A DNA stretch of 64,000 nt. It comes from Chloroflexota bacterium (GTDB lineage: Bacteria; Chloroflexota; Dehalococcoidia; Lucifugimonadales; UBA2985). Positions 26,943 to 36,014 of this stretch are shown piece by piece (position 1 is the stretch's first letter; each line of letters starts with the position of its first letter). The stretch spans positions 236,766 to 300,765 of the forward strand of contig JAPPHY010000007.1 in the NCBI GenBank assembly GCA_028877205.1, in the 5' to 3' direction. The notes under the pieces were generated by a model. It saw only the letters and a program-made list of their open reading frames with translations, was not told the DNA's origin and ran no database searches. Made by a program: the position numbers and the translations under genes.

Positions 26943-27205
26943 GTTTGAACCTCCTTGGTTTCACGTCATGAGAAGGGTCCACCGGGTTCAATCCCTCCCA
27001 GTATACACCCGCACGCCGGAGTTGTGGCATAGACGGTAGTACCACCGGCTCATGCCTTGTCTCGACGCCCGGCTCGTCTTCGATGGCGCAGGCAGCGTTT
27101 CATGTTGGTTGGCCCTGGTTAGGTCGTTCGGACTCGTCACGTCGGCAGTCTCACGGGTCGCAGGAACAGGCGTTAACGGGGGCAGCCACGTCGTTTTCTG
27201 CGTAC

Positions 27206-27271
27206 GGTTACAACAAGTCATACATGTTTCGTCAGGTAGTTACACGCAAGTTACACACGACGTGGTAAAGT
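27206..27271 (+). promoter_or_regulatory. GTTACAC-box promoter module S1
   Basis: GTTACAC at 27239 and 27250 (11-bp spacing), then 9 nt, then TAAAGT 27266-27271 (TG at 27263-27264). It lies 84 nt upstream of the RCC1 gene ATG. Confidence 0.55.
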
Positions 27272-27354
27272 GATTTGGAGCGTACCCACGAAACGAGATG
27301 TGAGAGCTTGCCTTCGCGCGCACGGACGGCCGGATGACACGGCAGGAGGCCTAA

Positions 27355-29277
27355 ATGTCAAACGCCAAAGCAGTAGCAGTGCTGTTCGCCATGTTCCTTA
27401 CCCTAGTCCTAACCGGATGTTCGGAGGAGTCGAGTCCCACGCCGACGGCGAGGGTGGTCCCGAGTCCCACCTTCACAGCGGCGCCTGCTGCACAGCCCAC
27501 GCCCACAGCCGGCACTAGCGGGGCGACCGAGCAGGCCCCGCCCTCTGACGGCGGCTCACTCAGAAGTGAGCAGAGTGGGGTTGCTGCCCAACCCACCGAG
27601 CAGCCTGAAAGTACCCGGTCCGCCAGCGGTAGCTCGACGGTCCCTGCCACCGAAGTGGTGGAGCACGTTCCAGGTTCCTTCCTATCGGTCAGTGCCGCCG
27701 GCGGATTCACGTGCGGCATGCAGACCGATGGATTGCTGGCTTGCTGGGGAAGGAATGACGGAGGCAGGGCTGCGCCCCCGGCGGGGGAGTTCATCGCGAT
27801 TAGCGTGGGAGGAGGTGCTAGTCTCAAGCCTGGCAGCTCCTTATCTACAGACGGCCACGGATGTGGACTGAATACGGACCGTACCCTCGTATGTTGGGGA
27901 AGCAATAGCTATGGCCAGGCCACCCCTCCTGCGGAGGAGTTCGTCTACGTCAGCGCAGGGAACAACAACACCTGTGGAGTAAAGGGAGACGGCTCGGTCG
28001 CGTGCTGGGGTGATGATCAGTTTGGCCAGTCCAGTCCGCCGACCGGGGAGTTCGCCTCGGTCAGCGCCGGGAGAGCGCATGCTTGTGGGGTGAAGACCGA
28101 CGGTTCCGTTGAGTGCTGGGGCGACGGCGCGTTCGGCCGGGGCTCGCCCTCGCCGGGGGAGTATCTCTCTGTCAGCGCCGGGGATGAACACACCTGTGGG
28201 GTGAGAACCGAAGGTTCTGTCGCATGCTGGGGCACTGAACGCTATGGCTTGAACGCGCCTCCGGCAGGAGAGTACATCTCCGTCAGCACTGGATGGCTGC
28301 ACACCTGCGGAGTGAAGGTCGACGGCTCAGTCGCCTGCTGGGGCGCTGAGTGGGATGGCCGCACGACGCCGCCGGCCGGGGAGTTTGTCTCCGTCAGCGC
28401 GGGGATTGATCACACCTGTGGAGTCAGGACGGACGGCTCCGTAGCCTGCTGGGGCGCTGACTATGCCGGCCAGGCAACGCCTCCGGTCGGAGAATTCGCC
28501 TTGGTCAGCGTTGGAGGCGGATTCAGATGGTCGGACGGTTCTGCAGACGGCCACACGTGCGGGGTGCTGAGGGATGGTACCCTCGTGTGTTGGGGCGATA
28601 ACCGGTCCGACCAGGCCGCTCCTCCGAGCGGAGTCTTCGCCTCCGTCAGCGCCGGCCTAATCCATACCTGCGCTGTCGATGTTGACCATTCCGTTACTTG
28701 CTGGGGCAATGATGAAGCTGGACAGTCCAGCCCTCCGGTTGGCGAGTTCGCTTCAATCAGCGCGGGGTATGCACATACCTGCGGTGTAAAGACAGACGGC
28801 TCCATCGAATGCTGGGGCAATGATGAAGCTGGACAGGCTGCGCCACCGTCAGGGGCTTTCGACTCCGTCAGTGCCGGGGGGCTGCACACCTGCGGTATCG
28901 GGACGGACGGCTCCATTGAGTGCTGGGGTAATGATGAAGTTGGGCAGGCTGCGCCGCCTGCAGGGTCGTTCGTCTCCGTAAGTCCGGGAGGCTTTCATAC
29001 CTGTGGGGTCAAGGCCGACGGAACCGTCGTCTGCTGGGGAGAGAATGAAGATGGACAAGCTACGCCGCCGTCAGGGAGGTTCGCCTCTGTTGTGGCTGCG
29101 GTCGTCCACACGTGCGGTATTGTGACGGACGGCTCCATTGAGTGCTGGGGCAATGACGACTATGGCCGGTCTACGCCTCCCATCGGGGAATTCGCCTCCA
29201 TTAGTGCCGGGTGGTTCCACTCCTGCGGGGTGAAGACGGATGGATCGGTCGCCTGCTGGGGAGTGCAACGGCGTTAG
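27355..29277 (+). CDS. RCC1-repeat (beta-propeller) lipoprotein, 14 blades
   Basis: Lipobox LVLTGC|SEE. There are 14 repeats of H.CG(V/I)..DGS..CWG....GQ..PP.GEF.SVSAG. Confidence 0.85.
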   Translation: MSNAKAVAVLFAMFLTLVLTGCSEESSPTPTARVVPSPTFTAAPAAQPTPTAGTSGATEQAPPSDGGSLRSEQSGVAAQPTEQPESTRSASGSSTVPATEVVEHVPGSFLSVSAAGGFTCGMQTDGLLACWGRNDGGRAAPPAGEFIAISVGGGASLKPGSSLSTDGHGCGLNTDRTLVCWGSNSYGQATPPAEEFVYVSAGNNNTCGVKGDGSVACWGDDQFGQSSPPTGEFASVSAGRAHACGVKTDGSVECWGDGAFGRGSPSPGEYLSVSAGDEHTCGVRTEGSVACWGTERYGLNAPPAGEYISVSTGWLHTCGVKVDGSVACWGAEWDGRTTPPAGEFVSVSAGIDHTCGVRTDGSVACWGADYAGQATPPVGEFALVSVGGGFRWSDGSADGHTCGVLRDGTLVCWGDNRSDQAAPPSGVFASVSAGLIHTCAVDVDHSVTCWGNDEAGQSSPPVGEFASISAGYAHTCGVKTDGSIECWGNDEAGQAAPPSGAFDSVSAGGLHTCGIGTDGSIECWGNDEVGQAAPPAGSFVSVSPGGFHTCGVKADGTVVCWGENEDGQATPPSGRFASVVAAVVHTCGIVTDGSIECWGNDDYGRSTPPIGEFASISAGWFHSCGVKTDGSVACWGVQRR

Positions 29278-29361
29278 GGAGCGCAAAAGAAGCTACCTGG
29301 ATGGCCTCACGGAATCCAGAAGTAGGCGTAACCAGGGGTAATCACGCCGTTTTCTGCTTAT

Positions 29362-29427
29362 GGCTACAACAAGTCATACATATTTCGTCCAGAAGTTACA
29401 CTAAAGTTACACACGATGGGGTAGAGT
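29362..29427 (+). promoter_or_regulatory. GTTACAC-box promoter module S2
   Basis: GTTACAC at 29395 and 29406, TAGAGT 29422-29427. It is colinear with S1. Confidence 0.55.
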
Positions 29428-29509
29428 AACTGGAGAGTATGCCGCAAAGCAGCTGTGCGTGTGCGCCTTGGCGTGCACGAAGAGCTGGATGACACAGCGG
29501 AGGGCCAAT

Positions 29510-31591
29510 ATGCCAAGGGCCAAAGCAGTGGCAGTGCTGGGAGCTATGCTCTTTGTCATAATGCTCGCTGGATGTTCTGAAGAGCCTACGCCCGCGTCCA
29601 ACACCAGCATCTACGCCGCGTGGGACAGCAATGTATGGGACATCGGCGCGTCCAGCCAGCACCCGGCGCTTATGGGCGTCGGCCCGGTCTCGCCCGGTGA
29701 CCCGCTGCTTGCTGAGTTCGACCCGGACAATGACGGCGTGATTGAGGAGATGGACATGCGGAGGGCGATAGCTGACTTCTTCGGGCCTTCGCCTACGTTG
29801 AGCCCGGCGGACATGCGGCGGTTGGTCGGCATCTACTTCACCTCTACTCTGACAGCGACGTCAACGGCCACGCCGGAGCCTCGATTCACGGCTATTAGCA
29901 GTGGCTATCTACACACCTGCGCGCTCACTCCAAGAGGGGTCGCCGATTGTTGGGGCCACAACGAGTATGGCCAGTCATCACCACCGGACGGTGAACAGTT
30001 CACCTCCATCAGCAGCGGGAGCCGTCATACTTGTGCCCTTACTCGAGACGAGATCGCCGTTTGTTGGGGCAACGATGAGCACGGTCAGTCATCGCCGCCA
30101 GAGGGCGAGCGGTTCATCGCCATCAGCAGCGGAGGTGAGCTGTTCGCCGGTCAATTATACGACGGACACACCTGTGCGCTTCGCCACGACGGCTCCGCCG
30201 TTTGCTGGGGGGACAACAGCTTTGGGCAGTCATCGCCACCGGAAGGCGAGCGCTTCACATCCATTAGCACTGGAGAAAGGCACACCTGCGCCCTCCGGGA
30301 GAATGGGACAGCCGTATGTTGGGGTCAATCAACCAAAACGCCGAAGGACGAGAGCTTCACTACCATCAGCGCCGGCGAGGAATACACGTGCGCTCTGCGC
30401 GGCGACGGTTCTCCCATCTGCTGGGGGTATAGTCGTGATGGGGCGGCAACTCCTCCGCAAAAAGAGAGGTTTACTGCTCTCAGCAGCAGCGAGGGATACA
30501 CCTGCGGTTTGAGAAGTAATGGCTCGGCTGTCTGCTGGGGGCTGGTCCCTCCTATAGACGCCTCTCCGCTATGGAATAACTTCGGTCAGGCTACGCCGCC
30601 TGCGAGTGAACGCTTCACGGCCATCAGCAGCGGGCCGCTCCACACCTGCGCGCTTCGAGTGGACGGTACGCCTTACTGCTGGGGTGTGGCCGCCTTACCC
30701 GGAGATTCTCTCGACATACCGGTCGCAGAGCATTGGTCAACGTTTGATTCAATACCATTGAAAGAGGAACGCTTCACTACAATCAGCAGCGGCAGCTACC
30801 AGACCTGCGCGCTTCGCAAGGATGGTTCTGATCGCTGCTGGGGGCCATGGGGGGTATCCAGCAGATTCCGTCTCTTGAATGAGGAGAGAGATTTCGTAGA
30901 AAACTCAAGATTTGTCGCCATCGACGCCGGGGAAATGGCCTGCGGGATTCGAGAGAACGGCTCAATAGCCTGCTGGAATTCGGGTTTCTGGCAACCTATC
31001 TCACCTCCGGAGGACCACCGCTTTCAAGCTGTCGGCGTCAGGCGCGACGCCTGCGCCATTAGGGATGACGGCGCTCTTACCTGCTGGGATTGGTCCTATG
31101 AAGATGCAGTAGTGCTGCACGATGGCCCCATCATAGCCATAGGCTTGGGCTACGACCGGGTTTGCGGGCTACGCGAAGACGGATCTCCTCTTTGCTGGGA
31201 CCATGTCGAGTTCAACCAAATGTCCGTCCCAGAAGGGGAACAATTCACCGCAATAAGCAGCGGCTGGGGGTTCGCCTGTGGACTGCGCCAAGATGGGATA
31301 CCCGTGTGTTGGGGCCGAAGCCGAACATCGCCACCAGAAGGCGAGCGTTTCATTGCCATTAGTAGTGGTCGTGACCACATTTGTGCGCTCCGAGAGGATG
31401 GCTCTCCCGTTTGCTGGGGTTCGAATAGCGCAAACCAGACATCGCCCCCGGAGGGTGAACGGTTCATCGCCATCACTAGCGGTGAAGACCATTCCTGCGC
31501 TCTACGAGAAGATGGCTCTCCTGTCTGCTGGGGTTGGAGGGACTTCGGCCAAGCCTCACCTCCGCTACAAGCCACTCCGACTGAGCCATGA
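29510..31591 (+). CDS. RCC1-repeat lipoprotein, 14 blades, with EF-hand/dockerin-like loop
   Basis: Start is ATG 29510 (ggaggg upstream). Lipobox IMLAGC|SEE, DPDNDGVIEEMDM Ca-loop-like segment, and 14 .TCAL..DG...CWG repeats. Confidence 0.85.
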   Translation: MPRAKAVAVLGAMLFVIMLAGCSEEPTPASNTSIYAAWDSNVWDIGASSQHPALMGVGPVSPGDPLLAEFDPDNDGVIEEMDMRRAIADFFGPSPTLSPADMRRLVGIYFTSTLTATSTATPEPRFTAISSGYLHTCALTPRGVADCWGHNEYGQSSPPDGEQFTSISSGSRHTCALTRDEIAVCWGNDEHGQSSPPEGERFIAISSGGELFAGQLYDGHTCALRHDGSAVCWGDNSFGQSSPPEGERFTSISTGERHTCALRENGTAVCWGQSTKTPKDESFTTISAGEEYTCALRGDGSPICWGYSRDGAATPPQKERFTALSSSEGYTCGLRSNGSAVCWGLVPPIDASPLWNNFGQATPPASERFTAISSGPLHTCALRVDGTPYCWGVAALPGDSLDIPVAEHWSTFDSIPLKEERFTTISSGSYQTCALRKDGSDRCWGPWGVSSRFRLLNEERDFVENSRFVAIDAGEMACGIRENGSIACWNSGFWQPISPPEDHRFQAVGVRRDACAIRDDGALTCWDWSYEDAVVLHDGPIIAIGLGYDRVCGLREDGSPLCWDHVEFNQMSVPEGEQFTAISSGWGFACGLRQDGIPVCWGRSRTSPPEGERFIAISSGRDHICALREDGSPVCWGSNSANQTSPPEGERFIAITSGEDHSCALREDGSPVCWGWRDFGQASPPLQATPTEP

Positions 31592-31676
31592 GTGCCTTTC
31601 TAAGCGCACCGTACTCATAACTCCTCTCGGGCTGTACCCGCCGTTCTTGCAGCGGATGCATGTTCAGAAGAGAAGA

Positions 31677-33095
31677 CTATGCACGTACGCTCAGGGGAAG
31701 GCGTATGGCCACGGTGACGCCCTGTCCGAGTCCATCGCTTGCTATCGCGATGGTTCCCCCATGCGCCTCGACTATGGCTCGGACGATGGCCAGTCCCAGG
31801 CCCGTGCCGCCTACTCCGTGGCTACGAGCCTGGTCGGTACGGTAGAAGCGCTCGAAGACGTGGGGCAGGTCTGCGGCATCGATGCCGATCCCGTCATCGG
31901 TGACCGAGACGGAGAGCGCCTCGCCGCCATCCAGCCCGGCCCGAATGACAATGCTGCCGCCGGGCTCGGTGCAGTTGATGGCGTTGCTGATGACGTTTCC
32001 CAGCGCCTGGCTCATGCGCATCCGGTCGAGGACCACGTCCGGGAGGTCGCCGGGTAGCTCCAGCGAGAGTCCGACCTGCCGGGCCTGAGCTTGCGGCTGC
32101 CATCGCTCCGCTTCCGCGGTGAGCAGGTCACGAATCGAGACCGACTCCCGTGTGAGCCTCATCCCGCCATGATCGGTCTCCGCAAGCCAGTCCAGGTCGG
32201 TCACGATGCCGCTTAGCCGGTCGACCTCCTGAATGATGTGGTCGGAGGCGCTCTCGGGGGTCTGAAGGCCATCGTGCAACCCCTTCGCCTCCAGCTTGAT
32301 GACGCTCAGAGGCGTATTCAGCTCGTGGGAGACGTCGTTTATCAGACGCCTGCGGAGCTCGCGCTGCGTTTCCAGGGCGGAGGTCATGCGATTGAACGCC
32401 TCGCTCATCCGGCCCAGCTCATCCTCGGACGTGACCGGCAGCCGGGTCGCGTCCCCCTGGGCAATCGCCTGGGTCGCCTCCGTGAGGGCCGTCACCGGCG
32501 CCGTGATTCGCCTGGACAGCCAAAGCGCCAGGAGTATGGCGACGGCGACAGTCAGCGTCCCGCCGATTGCGGTGATGTACAAGAGCGTGCTGAGGAACCC
32601 GTGGGACTCGCTCGACAGGAGATCCCGGTTCACGTCCACGTAAACGTGGCCCACTGGTCGGTTCGAACTCAAATCAAGAATCGTTTCGCGATGCCCGTCC
32701 AGGTTGGGTGCGATGGCTCCAGGCAACAGCTCGGACAGGTTGTCCTTCACCACACGGCCGTCAGCGCCGACGATGACGACTCGCACCCGGTCCTGGTGAG
32801 ATGACTCGGAGTGCTCTTCTTCACCCTCTTCGGACCGCTCTCGGGATTGCTCTCGTTGCGGAGTTCCATCGTAGCCGGCCTCGGACAGCGCCTTGTCCAC
32901 AGTTTCCCAACCGCCCGATGCTGTATACTCGCGACTCAGGTCTCGGGCCAGCTGGACTGCCTCCTCACTCCCGATTTCATCCACGAACACACCCAGGCGA
33001 GACTGCGTGGCGTAGTAGCCCACAGCAACGCTTGTCAGGACGGTGAGGACGACGACGAAAACGGTCGAAGCCATGATTCGCCAGCGTAGTGACAT
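31677..33095 (-). CDS. Sensor histidine kinase (2 TM, periplasmic domain, HAMP, HisKA, HATPase_c)
   Basis: H-box VSHELNTPLS, N/G boxes (NVISNAINCT, DDGIGI, GTGLGLAIV). Confidence 0.9.
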   Translation of the reverse strand: MSLRWRIMASTVFVVVLTVLTSVAVGYYATQSRLGVFVDEIGSEEAVQLARDLSREYTASGGWETVDKALSEAGYDGTPQREQSRERSEEGEEEHSESSHQDRVRVVIVGADGRVVKDNLSELLPGAIAPNLDGHRETILDLSSNRPVGHVYVDVNRDLLSSESHGFLSTLLYITAIGGTLTVAVAILLALWLSRRITAPVTALTEATQAIAQGDATRLPVTSEDELGRMSEAFNRMTSALETQRELRRRLINDVSHELNTPLSVIKLEAKGLHDGLQTPESASDHIIQEVDRLSGIVTDLDWLAETDHGGMRLTRESVSIRDLLTAEAERWQPQAQARQVGLSLELPGDLPDVVLDRMRMSQALGNVISNAINCTEPGGSIVIRAGLDGGEALSVSVTDDGIGIDAADLPHVFERFYRTDQARSHGVGGTGLGLAIVRAIVEAHGGTIAIASDGLGQGVTVAIRLPLSVRA

Positions 33096-33772
33096 CAGAC
33101 GTCCTCCACCACGAACCTGTATCCGGCGCCGTAGACGGTTTGAATGGGCCGATTTCCATCCGTGCTGATCAACTTGCGCAGGCGAGCCACGTGGTTGTCG
33201 ATGGCACGGTCGAACCCGTCGAAATTGTCGTTGAAGGTCAAAGAGATCAACTGGTCGCGGGTAAGCACCTGGTTGGGATGACGCATGAACGTCGATAGCA
33301 GAGCGGTCTGCGCCCGGCTCAGCGCCACGGGTTCTCCATCGACCGTCACAATGCCTGTGGTCTCGTTCAGCATGATGCTGCCGTGTGTCAGGACCTGCTG
33401 GACTTTGCCCTTGACGCGGCGCAGCACGGCCTCGGCGCGCGCGATAAGCTCCTCCGGGTCGAAGGGCTTGACCACGTAATCATCGGCGCCGCTGTCCAGG
33501 CCCATGACCCGTTCGGCGGGGGCTTCCCTGGCCGTCAGCATGATGATTGGAACGTCCGACTCCCGTCGCAGGATCCTGCACAGCTCCACGCCGTCGAGAC
33601 GGGGAAGCATGAGATCGAGGATGATCAGGTCCGGGGCCAGTTCACGGGCCAGGGCCAGGCCGGATTCGCCGTCGTGGGTCACGTCGGCAGAGAATCCCGC
33701 CCGCTCGAAGTACACCTTGACCCAGTTCGCGATCCTCGTATCGTCTTCGATTATCAGCACTGTGCCGCTCAT
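33095..33772 (-). CDS. OmpR/PhoB-family response regulator
   Basis: REC domain (LIIEDD...DLIILDLMLPRLDG...KPF) plus a winged-helix Trans_reg_C (...LRKLI....IQTVYGAGYRF). There is a 1-nt overlap with the kinase start. Confidence 0.95.
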   Translation of the reverse strand: MSGTVLIIEDDTRIANWVKVYFERAGFSADVTHDGESGLALARELAPDLIILDLMLPRLDGVELCRILRRESDVPIIMLTAREAPAERVMGLDSGADDYVVKPFDPEELIARAEAVLRRVKGKVQQVLTHGSIMLNETTGIVTVDGEPVALSRAQTALLSTFMRHPNQVLTRDQLISLTFNDNFDGFDRAIDNHVARLRKLISTDGNRPIQTVYGAGYRFVVEDV

Positions 33773-33905
33773 CGCAGCCCTCTAGGAAGCTATCTCAGGA
33801 TGCGGCGCCTCCGTGAAGGCGCCGCATCTATCCGATCCATGCGTCGGGTCGATTATCTCACTTCAATGGAAGTCTCGCATCTCCTCAGGGAGACTCTCAA
33901 TGGTT

Positions 33906-35504
33906 CTAGCCGCCTCCCCGACCCTCGCCGCCTGAGCCATGCTCACCACCGCCTCCGGAGCCGTGCTCGCCGCCGGCCTCTCCGCCGCTGCCATGCTCAC
34001 CACCCGACTCGCTACCGGACTCTCCACCTCCTTCACCGCCGCCGACCTCGGCGTGGGCCACCCATCCGGTGAACGGCGCCTGCGTCGACATCAGGGTGAC
34101 GTTGGCCACCTGACCCGGAGCCAGGTCTACCGGAGTCGTCGGTCCGAGCTCTGTCCCGTTCGACAGGTGCACCTCGATCCTCACCCGGGTCAGGATCTGG
34201 CTGGTCGTGTTCTCCACGGTGCCCTTGAAGGAGTTGCTGGCGGCGTCGTAGCTCAGGATCAGCCGGGCGCCGCTGCGAACCATGTCGAAGGTCTCATCCG
34301 GCGCCAGTTGATTGGCGCTGCTGCCCTCTTCACTGCCGCCGCTACCGCCTTCACCGGACTCGCCGCCACTCTCACTGCCGGAGCCTTCGCCACCTGGGCC
34401 ATGCCCCTCGCCGCCGGCTCCTTCCCCACCGCCGCCTTCACCGCCTTGTCCTGGCGCGTGAGGCACAGGGCCGGTGCCGCTGCAGGGGAACACCTCCAGG
34501 TGAACCACATACCCGTCAAAGGAGACTCCTGCGAGGCTCGGTTCGCTGGAAACCGGCACGCTGGTCTCAGCTGACTGTCCGGGGCTCAGGTGCCCCAGCA
34601 CGTCGGGACCAAGCTCGCCGACTGTCGTAGTGCCCGACTTCAGGTGCGGTTCGGCCTGCACGTAGCAGAGCACTTGAGGAAGCGTGTTCGTTACCAGCGA
34701 CTGGACGGACTGGGTTGTCGGGTCGAACCGAGCGACCACGTCCAGCCCGCCAAGGTTGCCTGCCCAGGTCTCGCTGAGCGGAATGATGGGGCTCGACATC
34801 TCGGCTTCACCGGCCTCGGCGCCCATGCCTCCGCTCTCAGTGCCCTCGGGCCCCTCATTGGCGCCCTCGCTGCCGCTGCCTTCACCACCGGACTCTCCGC
34901 CGCTTCCCTCGCCGCTAGCCTGCGTCCCGCTTCCCTCGCTTCCGCTGCCAACCTCGGCGTGGGCCACCCATCCGATGAACGATGCCTGAGTAGAGGGCAG
35001 GTCGACTGCCGCCACTTCGCCTGGCGCCAGGTCTATCGGAGTCGTAGGTCCGAGCTCGGTCCCGTTAGACAGGTGCACCTCTATCCTGATTCTTGTCAGG
35101 ACGCTGTTGGTGGTGTTCTCCACAGTACCCTTGAAGGAGTTGCTCGCAGCGTCATAGCTGAGGATCAGCCGTGCGCCGCTGCGCACCATGTCGAACGTCT
35201 CGTCCGGCGCCAGTTGATTGGCGCCGCTGCCTTCTTCGCTGCCGGACCCTGCTCCCTCGCCGCCGCTCTCACCACCGGCGCCTTCGCCGCCGCCCTCAGT
35301 GCCCTCTCCACCGCTTCCATGCTCGCCGCTGGACTCGCCTCTACCCTGTTCGGAGACCTCCTGGCTTTCCGTTGCGGTGCCGGACTCGCGGCCTTCCCCC
35401 GTTCCGTTCTCGCCCGTCGTACAGCCGACCAGTATCCCAGCGCCCAGCAATGCCGCCAGGGCCGGCCCTACCAGAAACGTCCTTGTCATCAGCTTCTTGA
35501 TCAT
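33906..35504 (-). CDS. Secreted lipoprotein with three copies of a ~95-aa domain and G/S/E/H-rich linkers
   Basis: Start is ATG 35504 (ggaggaagggaag upstream). Lipobox ILVGC|T. The first and third domains are near-identical (ANQLAPDETFDMVRSGARLILSYDAASNSFKGTVENTT...WVAHAEVG). Confidence 0.7.
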   Translation of the reverse strand: MIKKLMTRTFLVGPALAALLGAGILVGCTTGENGTGEGRESGTATESQEVSEQGRGESSGEHGSGGEGTEGGGEGAGGESGGEGAGSGSEEGSGANQLAPDETFDMVRSGARLILSYDAASNSFKGTVENTTNSVLTRIRIEVHLSNGTELGPTTPIDLAPGEVAAVDLPSTQASFIGWVAHAEVGSGSEGSGTQASGEGSGGESGGEGSGSEGANEGPEGTESGGMGAEAGEAEMSSPIIPLSETWAGNLGGLDVVARFDPTTQSVQSLVTNTLPQVLCYVQAEPHLKSGTTTVGELGPDVLGHLSPGQSAETSVPVSSEPSLAGVSFDGYVVHLEVFPCSGTGPVPHAPGQGGEGGGGEGAGGEGHGPGGEGSGSESGGESGEGGSGGSEEGSSANQLAPDETFDMVRSGARLILSYDAASNSFKGTVENTTSQILTRVRIEVHLSNGTELGPTTPVDLAPGQVANVTLMSTQAPFTGWVAHAEVGGGEGGGESGSESGGEHGSGGEAGGEHGSGGGGEHGSGGEGRGGG

Positions 35505-35813
35505 CTTCCCTTCCTCCTTTCGTGAAGCACCTCTGACACTGCTCACGATAGAGGTGGAATGTCGCAGAAATATGTCGCCGGCACCTTTTCTGGACAATGC
35601 TCACTGCCTGGGCAAATGCAGGAAGACGGAAGCTTACGGATGCTCGAACCGGATTCGGAAGCCTCTGCAGTTCGAGTTTGTGGAAAGCTCGAAAGGGAGT
35701 GCCGCGTGATGCAGTCACGGAGCAGGGTTCCGCTCAACTATACAGAGGCGCGGGGCGCCCGCGGCCTCCGTACGCCTAAGGGTGCCGGTGCGCCACGGCG
35801 GGTGATTGCGAGC

Positions 35814-35890
35814 GGGCGGTTAGCTCAGCCGGTTAGGGCGCTTGCTTTGCACGAAAGAGGTCAGCTGTCCAGGTCGACTAACGCCCGCCA
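35814..35890 (+). pseudogene. Degenerate tRNA-like sequence, third copy of the tRNA-Val unit (anticodon-loop TGC)
   Basis: It is colinear with 22179-22255 including upstream sequence. There are mismatches in the acceptor (G6:A67), anticodon stem (G30:A40) and T stem. The T loop TCCAGGT violates the TTC..A invariants. Confidence 0.5.
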
Positions 35891-36014
35891 CACTCGACGA
35901 GTTCAAGTATGTGGCGGTTCAGGTTGGTCACGCAGGCAGTGCTCAGCTGTACCGCGTCCGCAAATGCCGGCAAGTCAACCGGAGGCGGAACGCGTTCTCA
36001 GGTCCAGTCCGTCC

